Source: Lama guanicoe (taxonomy: Eukaryota). Taken from it: a stretch of DNA of 64,000 nucleotides. The DNA is taken from contig MU053881.1 of the NCBI GenBank assembly GCA_013239625.1, positions 6,781,957 to 6,845,956 on the forward strand. The letters run 5' to 3'. The position numbers and the translations under genes were made by a program. The notes below the pieces were generated by a model. It did not search any database. It saw only the letters and a program-made list of their open reading frames with translations, and was not told the DNA's origin. Positions 51,010-63,539 of this stretch are shown piece after piece. Position 1 is the first letter of the stretch, and every line of letters starts with the position of its first letter.

Positions 51010-51360
51010 GGGATAATATTAATAGCACCTGACATTAACTGAGCACTGACTGTATTCCAGGCACTTCTCCAAATATAACGATATAACTCATCTGTCTAGG
51101 TATATACAGAGAGATACCGCTAGATAGACAGATAAACATACATATATAGATAGATACAGAGACAGATAGATGGATAGCTTAGTCCTCAAAACAAGCTTAT
51201 GAGAAGGTACACATCTTACTCCCGTATACAAGACAAGCATTGAGACTCAAAGAAATTCACCAATAGTGTGAGGTCCCGCAGCCAGTAAACAGCAGATCTT
51301 TTTGGATTCTTTTGAACCCAGGCAACTTGGTTCCTGGGTCTTTGCTCTTAACCACGGCAC
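51010..51360 (-). mobile_element. MIR SINE containing a degenerate (TAGA)n tract
   Basis: actgagcactgactgtattccaggcac...; taga/gata repeats about 51095-51178; ...tttgaacccaggc...gctcttaaccac. Confidence 0.75.
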
Positions 51361-52965
51361 TGCCCTGATCAAGGCAGAATGCCGTCTATGGCCAGACCAA
51401 AGCACTGCAGCCCAAGGCCAGGCGAACTGGCTGGGGAATGACTGTTACGGCAAGCGGGAGGCACCTCTGGGTGGGTGAAGACGTAGAGATCAGGGGAAAG
51501 AGTCTGCAGTCCCAGCGCTGCCCCTGATGAGCTGCCAGTCCCCGGACAAATTGGTACCCTGCTCTGGACCTCAGTTCCCTCATCTGGAAAATAATAGTAG
51601 CACTCCGTTCTCTGAGGGTTCTGGGAAATGCTAAATGGAATAATGCAAAGCATTTCCCATAGTACGTGATGCACCGTAAGCCCTCAACAGAGGCAGGTTT
51701 CTCTCCTTCCTTTGAAATTGGACTTAGGCTATCAAGCCGTCTGGCGGAGGCAGAGGTGGTAATGACGATGGAGATGCTGCAGATCCCACCTACTCAGTCA
51801 TTGAGCATCTACGATGTTTACCCAGTAGCTATGAACGACCCTTGTCAATGAGTTTATGAGCTTTGGACTTACATTTTGCTCCATCTCAGTGGTTCGTACA
51901 TGAAGTTTTACAAACACTGGTACCCAGGTCCTCTTGACTTAGGTGGACTGCATAGAACAAGGTATGGCTCCCCCAGTGGTTCACGTTGTGCATCCGGGAC
52001 TGCGAGCCCCTGAGAATATTTCCCTCCAGCCTGCTCTCTCATTTAACACCTACTTATCATTCAGCTCTTAGCCTGGAGATCACCTCTTTAAAGAAACATC
52101 CCCTGACCTCCACCACCAGGCCCATTTTCTCTGTTTTACAGCATTGTGAATCCCTATTCCTTTCCTTCAGAGAGAATTTGTCTCATTTATACTTATTTAT
52201 GTGGCAACGTCTGTCTCCTTCACTAGACAGTGTTCCCATCTGTAAAGCGGGGAGATTAATTCCTACTTCACAGGGGTCTTGCGAGGCTCTAATAACAAAA
52301 AGCAGGTAAAGAGCTGCGTGGCCTTCCAGGTGGTCCCTCTGAATGGTGACTTACTGCTTGTTATTCCAAGAATGCCTTGGAGTAATTTTCTAAAGTGAAC
52401 GCTTGCCAGCTTCAAAGCATGGAGACCTGGCCTGGTCTCTCTGGATTCAGGCCACAAGGTGGTTCTCGTGTCATCTGAACTTCCCTGACGATATGGTGTC
52501 AAAGCATAGCCCCTCAGCTGTGAAATTCTATGAATAACTGAGCCCTCTAGTGCCAGCTCTGAGCTGCTCTTCTCATTTTGTGTCCCCATCCCCAGCTGGT
52601 CTGTTTTTTCACTATCAGATTATTTGCTCAACAAACATTTAACTAAGGCCCAGTTAGGTGGGAATGGCAGGCACCATTCCAGATGCTTCACTTGTATCTC
52701 ATTTAAGCATCTCTGCTTTTTAAATAAAGGCAGTCCTGTTTCTAGTTACAACCTAAAATAAATGTCTGCAGGGACAGGAGTTGATATAAATGAGCGCAAG
52801 GAAGGTTTTGTTTGTTTGCTTGTTTGTTTTATGGAGCGGGGAGAAGAGGGAGAAGAGACAGTCCTTTGGCTGCTGGAAGCTCAGATCTTATTGAAGGACC
52901 CCGCTCTTCAGTTCCATCTAGTCATTTCTACACAAAGTCCAGAACTGCAAGATTGCCTTACTTTT

Positions 52966-53809
52966 ATTTATTTTTTTTAACATTTTTTATTGATTTATAA
53001 TCATTTTACAATGTTGTGTCAAATTCCAGTGTTCAGCACAATTTTTCAGTCATTCATGGACATATACACACTCATTGTCACATTTTTTTCTCTGTGATTT
53101 ATCATAACATTTTGTGTATATTTCCCTGTGCTATACAGTGTAATCTTGTTTATCTATTCTACAATTTTGAAATCCCAGTCTATCCCTTCCCACCCTCCAC
53201 CCCCCTGGTAACCACAAGTCTGTATTCTCTGTCCGTCTATTTCTGTCCTGTATTTATGCTTTGTTTTTGTTTGTTTGTTTGTTTTTGTTTTTGTTTTTTA
53301 GATTCCACATATGAGCAATCTCATATGGTATTTTTCTTTCTCTTTCTGGCTTACTTCACTTAGAATGACATTCTCTAGGAGCATCCATGTTGCTGCAAAT
53401 GGCATTATGTTGTCAGTTTTTATGGCTGAGTAGTATTCCATTGTATAAATATACCACATCTTCTTTATCCAGTCTCCTGTTGATGGACATTTAGGCTGTT
53501 TCCATGTTTTGGCTATTGTAAATAGTGCTGCTATGAACATTGGGGTGCAGGTGTCATCCTGAAGTAGATTTCCTTCTGGATACAAGCCCAGGAGTGGGAT
53601 TCCTGGGTCATATGGTAAGTCTATTCCTAGTCTTTTGAGGAATCTCCACACTGTTTTCCATAGTGGCTGCACCAAACTGCATTCCCACCAGCAGTGTAGG
53701 AGGGTTCCCCTTTCTCCACAGTCTCTCCAGCATTTGTCATTTTTGGATTTTTGAATGACGGCCATTCTGACTGGTGTGAGGTGATAACTCATTGTACTTT
53801 TGATTTGCG
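52966..53809 (-). mobile_element. Young 5'-truncated L1 with perfect TSD
   Basis: TSD agattgccttactttt at 52950-52965 and 53810-53825; open ORF2 C-terminus; AATAAA and A-rich tail on the minus strand. Confidence 0.95.
53298..53792 (-). pseudogene. LINE-1 ORF2p C-terminal fragment (164 aa, not a host gene)
   Basis: YHLTPVRMA...[19 protein letters not shown] (CX3CX7HX4C knuckle)...[19 protein letters not shown]...[13 protein letters not shown]. Confidence 0.93.
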
Positions 53810-54120
53810 AGATTGCCTTACTTTTAAAAAAGAAAATGGAACCTGCATTTTTATATGAAAACAGCTTTTAAAAAATGGCTCAATTTGAGAGAGAAAAAAA
53901 AAAAAGACAAGACTCCATTGAGAAGAAACAAAACTCAACTGTGAGATGAAATCTTCCCTGGAGCAGCCCTGAGGTCCCGAGAGGAGAGTATGGGATGCTT
54001 TAGAATGCAGGCAGGCACAGGAGCAGGAGGAGACTTGGGGGCAAAGGAGACTGGGTCCCCATGTCCAGAAAGGTGTGGAGCAGGTGGGTCCTGCAGGGTC
54101 GGCGGCAGAGCCCTGGTGGG

Positions 54121-54597
54121 TGCGGTGGTTAATTTCACGTGCCGACTTGACTGGGCTGAGAGACGCCCAGACCCCTGGTAAAGCACCATTTCTGGGAGTG
54201 TCTGTGAGGGTTTTCCCGAAGGAGACTGGACTGGGTGTTTACCAACGTGAGTGGGTATCATCCAATCCTGTAAGTACCTGAACAGAACAAAAAGGTAGAG
54301 CAAGGGCGAATTCCCTCTCTTTGCTTGAGCTGGGGCATCCATCTTTTCCGGCCTTCGGACATTGGTCCTCCTGGTTCTTGGGTCTTCAGACTCACACTGG
54401 AACTAACACCAATGGCCCCTCGAGTCTAGGGTTGAATCACTCCCAGCTCTCCCGGGTCTCCAGCGTAAAGATGGCAGATCATGGGACTTCCCGGGTTCCA
54501 TAATCACATGAACCCATTCCTATAATACATTTCCACTTATAACTGCCTTTCTCTCTAACCTATTAGTTCTTTTCTCTAGAGGGCCCTGGCAAACCCA
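54121..54597 (+). mobile_element. MLT2 (ERVL) solo LTR
   Basis: tgcggtggttaatttcacgtgccgacttgactgggc...gaacagaacaaaaagg...ca; perfect 5-bp TSD gtggg at 54116-54120 and 54598-54602. Confidence 0.92.
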
Positions 54598-55779
54598 GTG
54601 GGAATGTCTGTCTCCCTGTGTACTAGGTCAGGGAGCCCAGTTTCAGCAGAGACTTGCTGCCTCGTTGCCCCCAAATAACAAAGCCTTGGACCTCCAGGGC
54701 CCCTGGGGGCTTGGACAGTGGGATCTCAGCTGTGAGTGGGAGGTTGTGGATTGGAGCCCTTTATCTGCTTTTTCTGCACCAGCTAGTCTCCCAGATTCTT
54801 ACATAATGCCGGAGGAGGGGGAGCCCATGTAATAAGGGAGGTTACGCATCTGCCCATAGGCTGGGTCTTTTGAGAACAAATGACGAACAAATGAATGAAT
54901 GGATGACAACAGATGGGTGGCCCTTCCTTCCCCTGCTGAATGTGGTGAGTATGATTCCTGCCTGCTCCTCACTCCTCCACAAACAGTTGCGGAGCAAATG
55001 GAGAAGCAGCAGTGAGCAGCGCAGCCGGTTGGTTTCTGTCGAGATAGTAAACTTTAATGCTCGCTTCGATTCGCAACCCAATTGTCTGTAAAATGAGGCC
55101 ACTTTCAGCAGGTCCCTTAATTGGAATCAGTTTCTCTGACTCGGAGGCAGGAGGCTGAACCTGCTTGGCCAGCATCTGTTGGTGGAGTGAGATGGAGACT
55201 CTGCCCTGCGGGAGGGGAGGGACTGGCAGGGGCAGGGCCCTTTCCCTCCCCTCCAGCAGGGGGAAAGGAACTTGCCTGCATGTTCTCAGCTGCACGAGTA
55301 AGACAGCTGCACAGCTGGACAGTGAGCAAATTCTGGGATCTGGGAGGCAGCTGGCTCCCTTCCCTTAGGGACTAGTGAAGAGGTCAGTGAAAGGAGGGGC
55401 TGTGATTCAATGATAACACAAGAGCAATGGCAACTATTTCTGGGTCATTTCTCATCAATCAGGAAACTGCACATCATGTCACAGATTTCCCACAACCACT
55501 CCTTTCAAGCTCTGTCCTTCGCTGGTTCCTGACAGGGAGCTGGGGCTTCCAAGATGAGCCTTTGACTTAGGCAAGCGCTTACTGACTGTTTGATTAAGGC
55601 ACAGGGCTACAAAAGTGCTTGCCTTGTAAGAATTTCTAGTCCTCAGGCGAAGATTTTTTTTTTGGAAAGTTACAAAGTTACTAAATAATGCTAAGTGTTG
55701 CATTAGCCACATAGGGTATAATAGGAGCCAAGGATGCAACAACGTAATCTTCAGGAGAAATAGTGCCAAGGAGGGGACA

Positions 55780-56150
55780 AATGAACTGGGGCTTTGAGGG
55801 ATGTGTAAGAGTTTACCAACTGGAAAAGTGGGAAGAGAATACTGTACAAATAGAAAATGAACAAAATCACAGGAAAACTGGAGGAGTAACAATCACTTCA
55901 GTGTGCTCTTACCTAGGGTATAAGAATACATATATAGGAGGGAGAAGAATAAGGAAGAGAGACTTGACTGTGATGTACCTCTGATGCTTTGCCATGAAGT
56001 TGGATTTTATCCTATAGACACCAGGGACTCACTGGAGGGTTTTAGCAAGGAGAGTGACATATCCAGTCCAGCCCTGTGTTTTAAAATGTTCCCTCTGGTG
56101 GCTGCTGTGGAACATGGGCTGCAGAAGGAAGGTGCATGCCGTGGGATCAG
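55780..56150 (-). mobile_element. L2 fragment
   Basis: gaactggggctttgagggatgtgtaagagtttacc...gccatgaagttggattttatcctatag...actggagggttttagc. Confidence 0.7.
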
Positions 56151-56869
56151 AACAAGGAGGGAAGTTACCAGGAAACCACCTTGGGCTCAGTGGAAGGGAA
56201 TTTTATAACGTCAAACTGCTGCAGGATAGGAAAGGGTGGCATCCAGAGGTAACAAGCTCCCCGTCTGTGGAGGGATCCAAGCAGAGGGAAGCCCTCTTTC
56301 ATTTCCTTCTCATCCTGAGATGCCATAACTGTATAGGCATAACTTTGTGGGTGGGTGCAGAAGAGAAGTTCCCTCCATGCTCACTCCCCATTGTCAAAAC
56401 TTGACCTCCCCTCGGGCTGCCCTGCTGCAGGTTGTTCACTCAACAACCATCCCCTGACCCCTTGACGGCAGACTCAACCCTCTACCAATACTCCTGGGAG
56501 CCTGAGAGAGAAGATGTCTCCCCAAGAGTCTCTTGGCTCCTGCAGTGGAAATCCAGGCCAAGTCTGAAATATTCCTCTGGGTAAATCAGACAGTGCTGAC
56601 AGGAACTGCCTGGTGTGATGTGCTAAGACTCAGACAGACCTGGGTTCAAAGAAGACAGGGACTTTAGGCAGGTTATTTCCATAGGCCTCAGTATTCACAT
56701 CTATAAAATGGGAACAATAGTGCCTTCTTGTAAAAATGCCATCCCCATAGTATGCACATGATACAGGCCTTCCATTAATGCCCAATTCTTGTCTGCCTCT
56801 CATTTCACATCCTGTCACTCATGCTCCTGCTATATAGCACATGAGAAGGGAGAGGGAAACCCAAATGGC

Positions 56870-57300
56870 CTGTCTGAAAGTCCCGCTGTAATGAAAATGT
56901 CAGCAGCAGAAGGAAAGGAGCTGGTGGCTGCTCTGACAGTGGTGATGGCGATGAATGATTTATGTCCAGTGTAATGGTTACATAAGCAGCTGTTACATTT
57001 TAAAAGCGTCATGCAAACAATATGAAACATTTATTTAAGTGGCTCTACACTATGGGGAATTTGATTTAATCAGCCTTTATTTCTGTTCTCATTAGAATGA
57101 AGTCTGGCAACTCTAGAAGACAGCCCTACCTCCGTTCGGTAGCTTCCAGCTACTGAAGGCAAATATTTTCACTGTGCCACAATTAAACATTTATACAGCA
57201 CCCGGCTCCCCATCTGGCCTGCAGACAGGAGGGGAAGTGCAGTGAATTCATGCCACGGAAGTCTCGCACGGAATGAAGCAAGAAGCACCCCTATCTTGGA
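56870..57300. promoter_or_regulatory. Candidate developmental enhancer with MEIS and PBX-HOX motifs
   Basis: TGACAG 56934-56939, TGATTTATG 56956-56964, TGATTTAAT 57062-57070, in repeat-free sequence. Confidence 0.45.
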
Positions 57301-57499
57301 ATAATAAACCATACGAAGAGCCCATTTGAGATTTAAAAAGTTCTCTGACTCCTAATGTTTCTCTGATGTGCTGGGAGCTGCGGGTAGGTGATCTGAGGAT
57401 TCTCAAGCTGGGCTTTTAATCTTCGTTGTTCCAGGCTGAGTGGGATATTTTGTTTTGCTTTTTAATTCCAAGACCATCACAACTTACAAACCATGGAAG

Positions 57500-57762
57500 A
57501 TGCTAAGAGGATCCTCTGAATATGATGTGATTTATTTGAAATTCTACTATGATTTCCATGAATCAGGTTGCCAATTTCAGGACACAAGTTCCCCTGCGGA
57601 GAGATTTGGGAGGGGTGCACAAGAGATTTTTACTGTATTGGCAGTGCTTTATTTCTTAAGCTAGGTGGTGGCACATGGATATCTTGCATAATCTGTAGAC
57701 CTTTTTGAATGTCTAAAATAACGTATAATACAAATCGAAAAAGAAAAATAAAGAAAAAGAAA
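57500..57762 (+). mobile_element. Old L1 (L1ME/MC-like) 3' end
   Basis: ctgtattggcagtgctttatttcttaagctaggtggtgg... followed by an A-rich tail. Confidence 0.65.
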
Positions 57763-57897
57763 TTCACTGAGTATTGGAGTTAAAAAACCAAAAGTTCACT
57801 CTTGGTTCTGCTGCAATCTTTGGGAACCTTGAACTTGCCTCCTGCATTTTCTGGGTCTCAGTTTCCCTATCTATAAAAAAGCAGAATTGGATTAGAG

Positions 57898-58119
57898 CAG
57901 TGTTTCTTAGTGTGTGTTCCCTGGAACAGTTCCCCAGTGATGTCCCTTCACAATAAAGAGTTCCACAATTGAATAAGTCTGGGAAATGCTCTCTGCCCTC
58001 TGGGAATAATCATGGGATGTTAAAAGTTCTAAGAAGTCCTACAGCAAGATATTGGTTTTGTTACATATCTATTAACACCACAAGGTACTAGCATTCTGTG
58101 AAATAGTCTTTGGGACCTG
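57898..58119. mobile_element. hAT-Charlie MITE (MER103/MER112-like) inserted in a MIR
   Basis: cagtgtttcttagtgtgtgttccctggaaca...aagttctaagaagtcctacagc...tctttgggacctg; MIR core (tctgggtctcagtttccctatctataaaa) lies to the left. Confidence 0.65.
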
Positions 58120-59464
58120 TTATTCTGAATTATCTCAAAGATCCCTTTCAGTGATAGATTCAAGTCAATTCCAAGTCAAAAATTTAGGCCAGTTTCCTGC
58201 CTCTGAACAAGACAATCTTTAACGATCTTTAACTAGAGAAACCAGACAGCCCAGCCCATCCTTTTCCTCTAGGTTTCCGAGCTAAGCTTCCTTCCTTTCT
58301 GCTCCAAGTTCCCCTCTTTCTATACCTGAGCTCATGCCCTCCCACTGCTGGGAAACTCTTCCTGAGCCAATCACCGGAAATCTTGGGTGGCTATCTTTTC
58401 TCCTCGGCTCCCCACCATAGGAGTATAAATTGTCAAGATTGTCCACTGCTTAATATGAGATGATAAAGCTGAGGACCAGAGAGGTTGTGTGACTGAGACA
58501 TGGTCACACAGCCAGGGAGGGTGACAGGGCTGAGATCAGAAATATTTCCTTTCTCATTCTTCTCACTCTTTCTCCTTTGCTTTCTATTCAGTTTACATCC
58601 TGCCCCATGCTGTGACTTAAGTACATATGTCCTTTTATATTATCATGATGCTGTTTATTTTTCTTGTTATTGTTTATCGAGGATGGTTCTGCATGTCTCT
58701 CCTGGGAGGACTGTATCTTCTTAAAAGTGGAAGCAACATCTCTGTCTGCATAAAACCCAACACTATCCTGAAGACAGCACAGTGCTGAAAACACTGTCAC
58801 TGCCAGTTCAGAGAACACCCCACCAGCTTCTTAGTCTCCCTGATAAGCCACCTCAGCTCCAAACCCTCCTGAGTGATACAGTTACATCACTTTATTCATA
58901 CAAAGCTGTGTTTAAAGCTCCCCCTCAATTGTAAGGTAAGGCAGGAGTCTAGAATCACATCAGCCCAGTTCACAGGCTCTTCATCAGTTATTCACATTGG
59001 GAAAAAAAAAATAAACCTTGGTTAACTGGCATCCTTGAAAAAAACCACACCCAATTTGAGTGAGAAAGGTAGTATTTGGAAACCAAATTTTTACCAAAGA
59101 TTCAAAGAAAAACTAGGGCAAAGTTCTTCACGCAATCACCATACAGTGCAATTGAGTGTGAAAGCAAAAAGCGTGGGTTTTATTGAAGGTTTATTTTAAA
59201 CATTCATCCTGAAAAACTATCATTTTTCTGCTAAATCCTTGTGCGACTAGAAAATACGAATGAACTACGGCCAAGGTTTATTGACAGCATGGTGACTTGA
59301 GTTTCTTTCGTGGCTGTGATCTTCCTCTGGGACCAATGCAGAAACAACCCCCCCCCCGCCCCCTATAACCTCCTCTTTCTGGGGAGCTCATCCCAGGGCT
59401 GATCGTATGGTTGTAGTGGATGCCGACAGTTTTGTTCTAGGTGGTTTTCCAGGAGAGAAGTGTT

Positions 59465-59483
59465 TGTCCACTAGATGGCAGTG
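59465..59483 (+). promoter_or_regulatory. CTCF binding motif
   Basis: TGTCCACTAGATGGCAGTG fits the CCASYAGRKGGCRS core at every position. Confidence 0.7.
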
Positions 59484-59564
59484 TGCCTGCAACCGCATCT
59501 CGCCCCTCAGACCCGTCAAAACGCTGTTAAGGGGGAAATGCCCCCTGATTTCAAAGGCTTAATA

Positions 59565-59755
59565 GAAAAAAAAAAGTAATATATCGCGTGAATAATTGTT
59601 TTCTATTGATTACATGTTGAATGATACTATTGGGGATTTATTTGGTTAAATAAAATGAACTTTTAAAACTGATTTCACCTTTTTCTGTTTACTTTTCAAT
59701 GTGGCCACCAGAAAATTTAAAATTACATATGTGATCTCATTATATTTCTGTTGCC
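59565..59755. mobile_element. MER33 (hAT-Charlie) fragment
   Basis: attgattacatgttgaatgata...ggttaaataaaat...aatgtggccaccagaaaatttaaaattacatatgtg. Confidence 0.8.
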
Positions 59756-60177
59756 AAGAAGAGAGAATAGAGTGGAGGGAGGAGGGTGGCGAGGGGGCAG
59801 CTGGGTAGAGCCAGCGTGAGGTTCTGTGCAAAGCAGGGGCTTTGGCAAATGACCACATGGCTGGAATTGGGGCTCCCTCCTTAATTTTGGACTCATGGAA
59901 TGTTACAAGTTCTAAAAAGTCCTACAGCAAAGAAATCGGTTTTGTTAAATATCTATTAATGCCACAAGGTACTAGCATTCTGTGAAATAGTCTTTGGGAT
60001 CTGTTATTCTGAATTATCTCAATCAATGATAGATGCTAAGTCAATTCTAAGTCAAAAATTTAGGCCAGTTTCCTGCCTCTGAACAAGACAATCTTTATTG
60101 TCATTAAGGACTCATGACTTAAAAATTCAAGCTTTGCAAATGGCACATGAATGTTATCTTCTCATATGGATGTTGAG

Positions 60178-60303
60178 AGGGTGTGCTGTAGGACAACCAG
60201 AAGTCATGGTTTACTCAGACCTGCATCTCAGTGCAGTTATTAACAGCATCCCTCCCATCTCGGAATTGCCCCAGTTAAAGCAATACATCATGCGGTCTCG
60301 CTA
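60178..60303. mobile_element. MER81-like (hAT-Blackjack) element
   Basis: ggtttac...gttattaacagcatccctccc...cggtctcgcta resembles the recalled consensus. Confidence 0.5.
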
Positions 60304-60879
60304 GTTAAAAGTGATCATGCGTAATTGGCACATTGTAAGTGCACAATTTTATATATGAAAAGATTACACAACTCAGACGTGCAAGACAGTCACTTTCTTT
60401 TCTGTAATTCCACGTCATTTCTGACTCTTAGCCAAACTTCTGCTTGAAACAGATGACTCAGCCTAGTCATTTTCAGGTAAGCTCGGTTATTTCAGAATTA
60501 TATTCAAATCCATCTCCTTTCTTCTTCCAAGGGTAGCCTCTAAGTTAGGGAGGCCATACAGGTCGATGGCATTGGGCAGGGAAGGGACGTTGTCCATTTA
60601 CTTGCTTTCTCTACCCATCTTGGTTCCTCTACCTCTCTAGTCACTGGCTCTATGGCTGATGACATCATGGCCTTGCCGTGGTCCACAGCTCCTCATCCAC
60701 TGTGGAACCCCCAGACCTCGGTGGGGCCTCTGCCTCCACCCACCCCCGGGGACTGGCTGTGGTTTGCCTTTGGAGAGGTGGGCACCAGGGGCTGCCTCTG
60801 CCATCCCCTCTGTGTGTCAGCTCCCTTTCTTCCATTTGCTCAGACAATGACTTTACACTGTGGAATGGGAAGACCCATT

Positions 60880-61860
60880 CATTCAGTAACTACGTAGACT
60901 TTGCATGGATTCTGACTCAGACCTTTGGCTGAGCTCATGGGATACGAAGACAAGTGGAAAAAGACCACTGGCCTCAGAGCACAGCCTCAATTAAGACACT
61001 CACTCAAATAACCTGTGAAAAATGATCTCTTCCAGGAAAGATGTGCACATAAAGGGCCATGGGATGGGGAAAAAGGAACTGGTTCCTTGTGGGGAAGAAA
61101 ACTAGCCTCAGGGAAGGTGTGCGGATGAGCTGATGTTGAACAGTCTTTGAGGAACACCTAGGAAGGGCAGTGGTCCAGCGGGGGACCCAGCACGAGCAAG
61201 GACTTGGGGATGGGATGGCCTTTTTGTGTAAAGACTCAGCAGTTCGATTTGATTGGAGGAAAGATTGCTGATGGAGGAGGGAGGGGTGAGAAATCTGGCT
61301 GAAAAGTATTGTTGAAGGTTCTGGATGGAAGGTGGAGGTGTCTGGGTTTGGTCCCACTGGCACTGGTTTTTGAGTAGGGAGTGGATAGGACCTGAGCTAT
61401 ATTACAAAGACCCTTTTTCAGAAGTCACATAACACAGACCAAAGACTGAGGAGGGCACTGGAGAGGATATGGGAGGCAAAGGGACCCTGTCAGGAGGCCT
61501 GGAGAAGGGAGGGGGCTGCAGAATGGTGTGAAGCGGTTGTTTGAAAAGACAATGCTGAAGTTAATTTCATAGGCTTTGAATACTATGAAGATGTGAAAAA
61601 TTAAAGGTGGGGCAGACAGAGATGATTTTGAGGTTTGGAGTGGGTGGATGGGGAGTGAACGGATGGGCCTCATGGAAAGGAAGAGAGAATTGAGTTTGGG
61701 AATAAATTACAAAGTCCTGCTATGGGCAGGATGAGTTTTATGAGTTCCCGCGTGGTCCAACTGAAGGTGTTTGGCGGGCAAGACCAGGTACCAGGAAACA
61801 AGGTCAAGTTGGACAGACTCTCAAATTGAGAGTCATCTTATGTGGGGGAATTAGGACCGA
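60880..61860 (-). mobile_element. L2 fragment
   Basis: cattcattcagtaac tail; gcctcagggaaggtgtgcggatgagctg; gatgattttgaggtttggag; aaattgagagtcatc. Confidence 0.65.
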
Positions 61861-61884
61861 GGAAAGGAAGAAAGGGTGAACTAG

Positions 61885-62200
61885 GGTATCAGTCAGATCA
61901 TCAAGAGGAAACAGATGTTGCACTAAATTCAAGTAATTTGAGGAGAGTTTATTCACAAAAGGACTAATGACAAAGGTGCCAGTGGGGTGTAGAGAGTTTG
62001 GGACCCGGGCTCAAGGAGCGGAGCGTTTCTCTCCTGCACTGGGACGGGGAGGTCACCAGGACCCAGACATCTTGAAAGCAACCTTCTGTCCAGGTGCCCT
62101 CATGCTCTCCCCAACTCTGATCACCTGCCTCGTCTCCGCATTGGCTGCGAGCGGATCCTGGGAGACAAGCGAATGTTCCAGCAAAGCAACCACAGTCCTT
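61885..62200 (-). mobile_element. ERVL-type LTR fragment (LTR33/41-like)
   Basis: gtatcagtcag...ggaaacagatg...aatttgaggagagtttattcacaaaaggacta...acaaaggtg. Confidence 0.5.
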
Positions 62201-62259
62201 ATTGTCAGGGAAGAAGACGACGCTCGCTGATTCCTCAGGAGAGAGCGATTTCCAGCTGT

Positions 62260-62690
62260 TTATTCTTTATTCAATAACTTTTATTGAGTTTCTCTCTTAT
62301 TACAAATGTCGTACATGTTCATTGTAGGGAAATTTGAAACTACAGACCAGCAAAAAGAAGAGATTAAAAATCATTAGGAATCCCACTGGGCAGACAAAAT
62401 CGCTGTTTACAAAAACGCAATTTTTCTGGACTTTTCTGCTAAAGTACATAGTGTCAGTGTCTTTGTATGTTGGTGTGTATTCATAGATGTCATTTTGAAC
62501 AGTTTTTTTTTTCATGTGGAGGCACCACGACTTACTTAAATAACCTCCCTTAATGGAGATGCTGGTTGTGTTCTACATTCTAAACAACACTACATCTCTG
62601 TAGTTAAAGATTTGCACCTTCCCAGAAATGGAATTGCTGAGGCAAAAGGTATATTCATTTAAAAAGATGTTGTGATATATTTAGGCATTT
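62260..62690 (-). mobile_element. Old L1 (L1ME-like) 3' end
   Basis: tacatgttcattgtagggaaatttgaaactacag...aatcccac; cccagaaatggaattgctgaggcaaaaggtat. Confidence 0.65.
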
Positions 62691-62714
62691 ATTTAAAAAA
62701 GAGAATACAATTTA

Positions 62715-62955
62715 AGGGTTAGGGTGTGGACTTCTTGGCCAAACCTGGTTTAGAATCCTTAGTGAAGCTGAGTAAATTACTTAACCTCTCTGGGCCTCAG
62801 TGTCCTCATCTGTAAATTGGGGATGATGATGATGATGATGATAAAAGTATGGTCCTTACATGTTTGCTATGAGGATCTGGTGAGTTATTAAGCATGATGT
62901 GTTTAGAATAGAGCCTAGGGGCTGCTAAGTATTCCAGGTAGCCGTTATTATTACC
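62715..62955 (+). mobile_element. MIR SINE
   Basis: aaattacttaacctctctgggcctcagtgtcctcatctgtaaattgggg(atg)n. Confidence 0.85.
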
Positions 62956-63539
62956 CAAAGTCTTCTTAGGCAGAAGACACTGAATGGACCCTTAAAAGCA
63001 GAAATGCAGCTTTTTGCTTAAAGACCTTCAGCACCAGCCCAGTCGTAGCATCGCGGTACAAAGTGGGGGAGGCGGCTCCGACAGGGAGGAGTGAACACAC
63101 CCCAGAGGGCCAGGACAGCTTACCTGGGAGTAATGAGTCTCTCTCCAATGCACTTCATTAATCTGATTTTTGAAGAGCTAGGGTAGAGAACCCAGACCTT
63201 CCTTGACAGTGCATGGATTTGTGATTTCTTTCATAGCTGACTAAGGGCAGGTCCATGCAGGTTTGAAGGGTGTCCAGCTTAGGCTGAGAGCAGAGTTGCC
63301 TGAGCAGCTTTGCCTCCCGGACAGAAGGACTCTCTCCCACTCCATGGCTTGGGAACCATGTCAGCTCTTGTTTTAGCCTCAAGAGCTCAGACCAGAGTTA
63401 AGAATCCTCCCCAACCTGCCCATAGTAAGGCTGGAGGACAGGAAGAGAGGATAAGTTGCTATGAGGCCAGGGGCAGACTCTGGAGGCACCCGGGGGTTTC
63501 CTGAAGGCTTGCTGTCACTTTAAAGATAAAGCCTGCATT

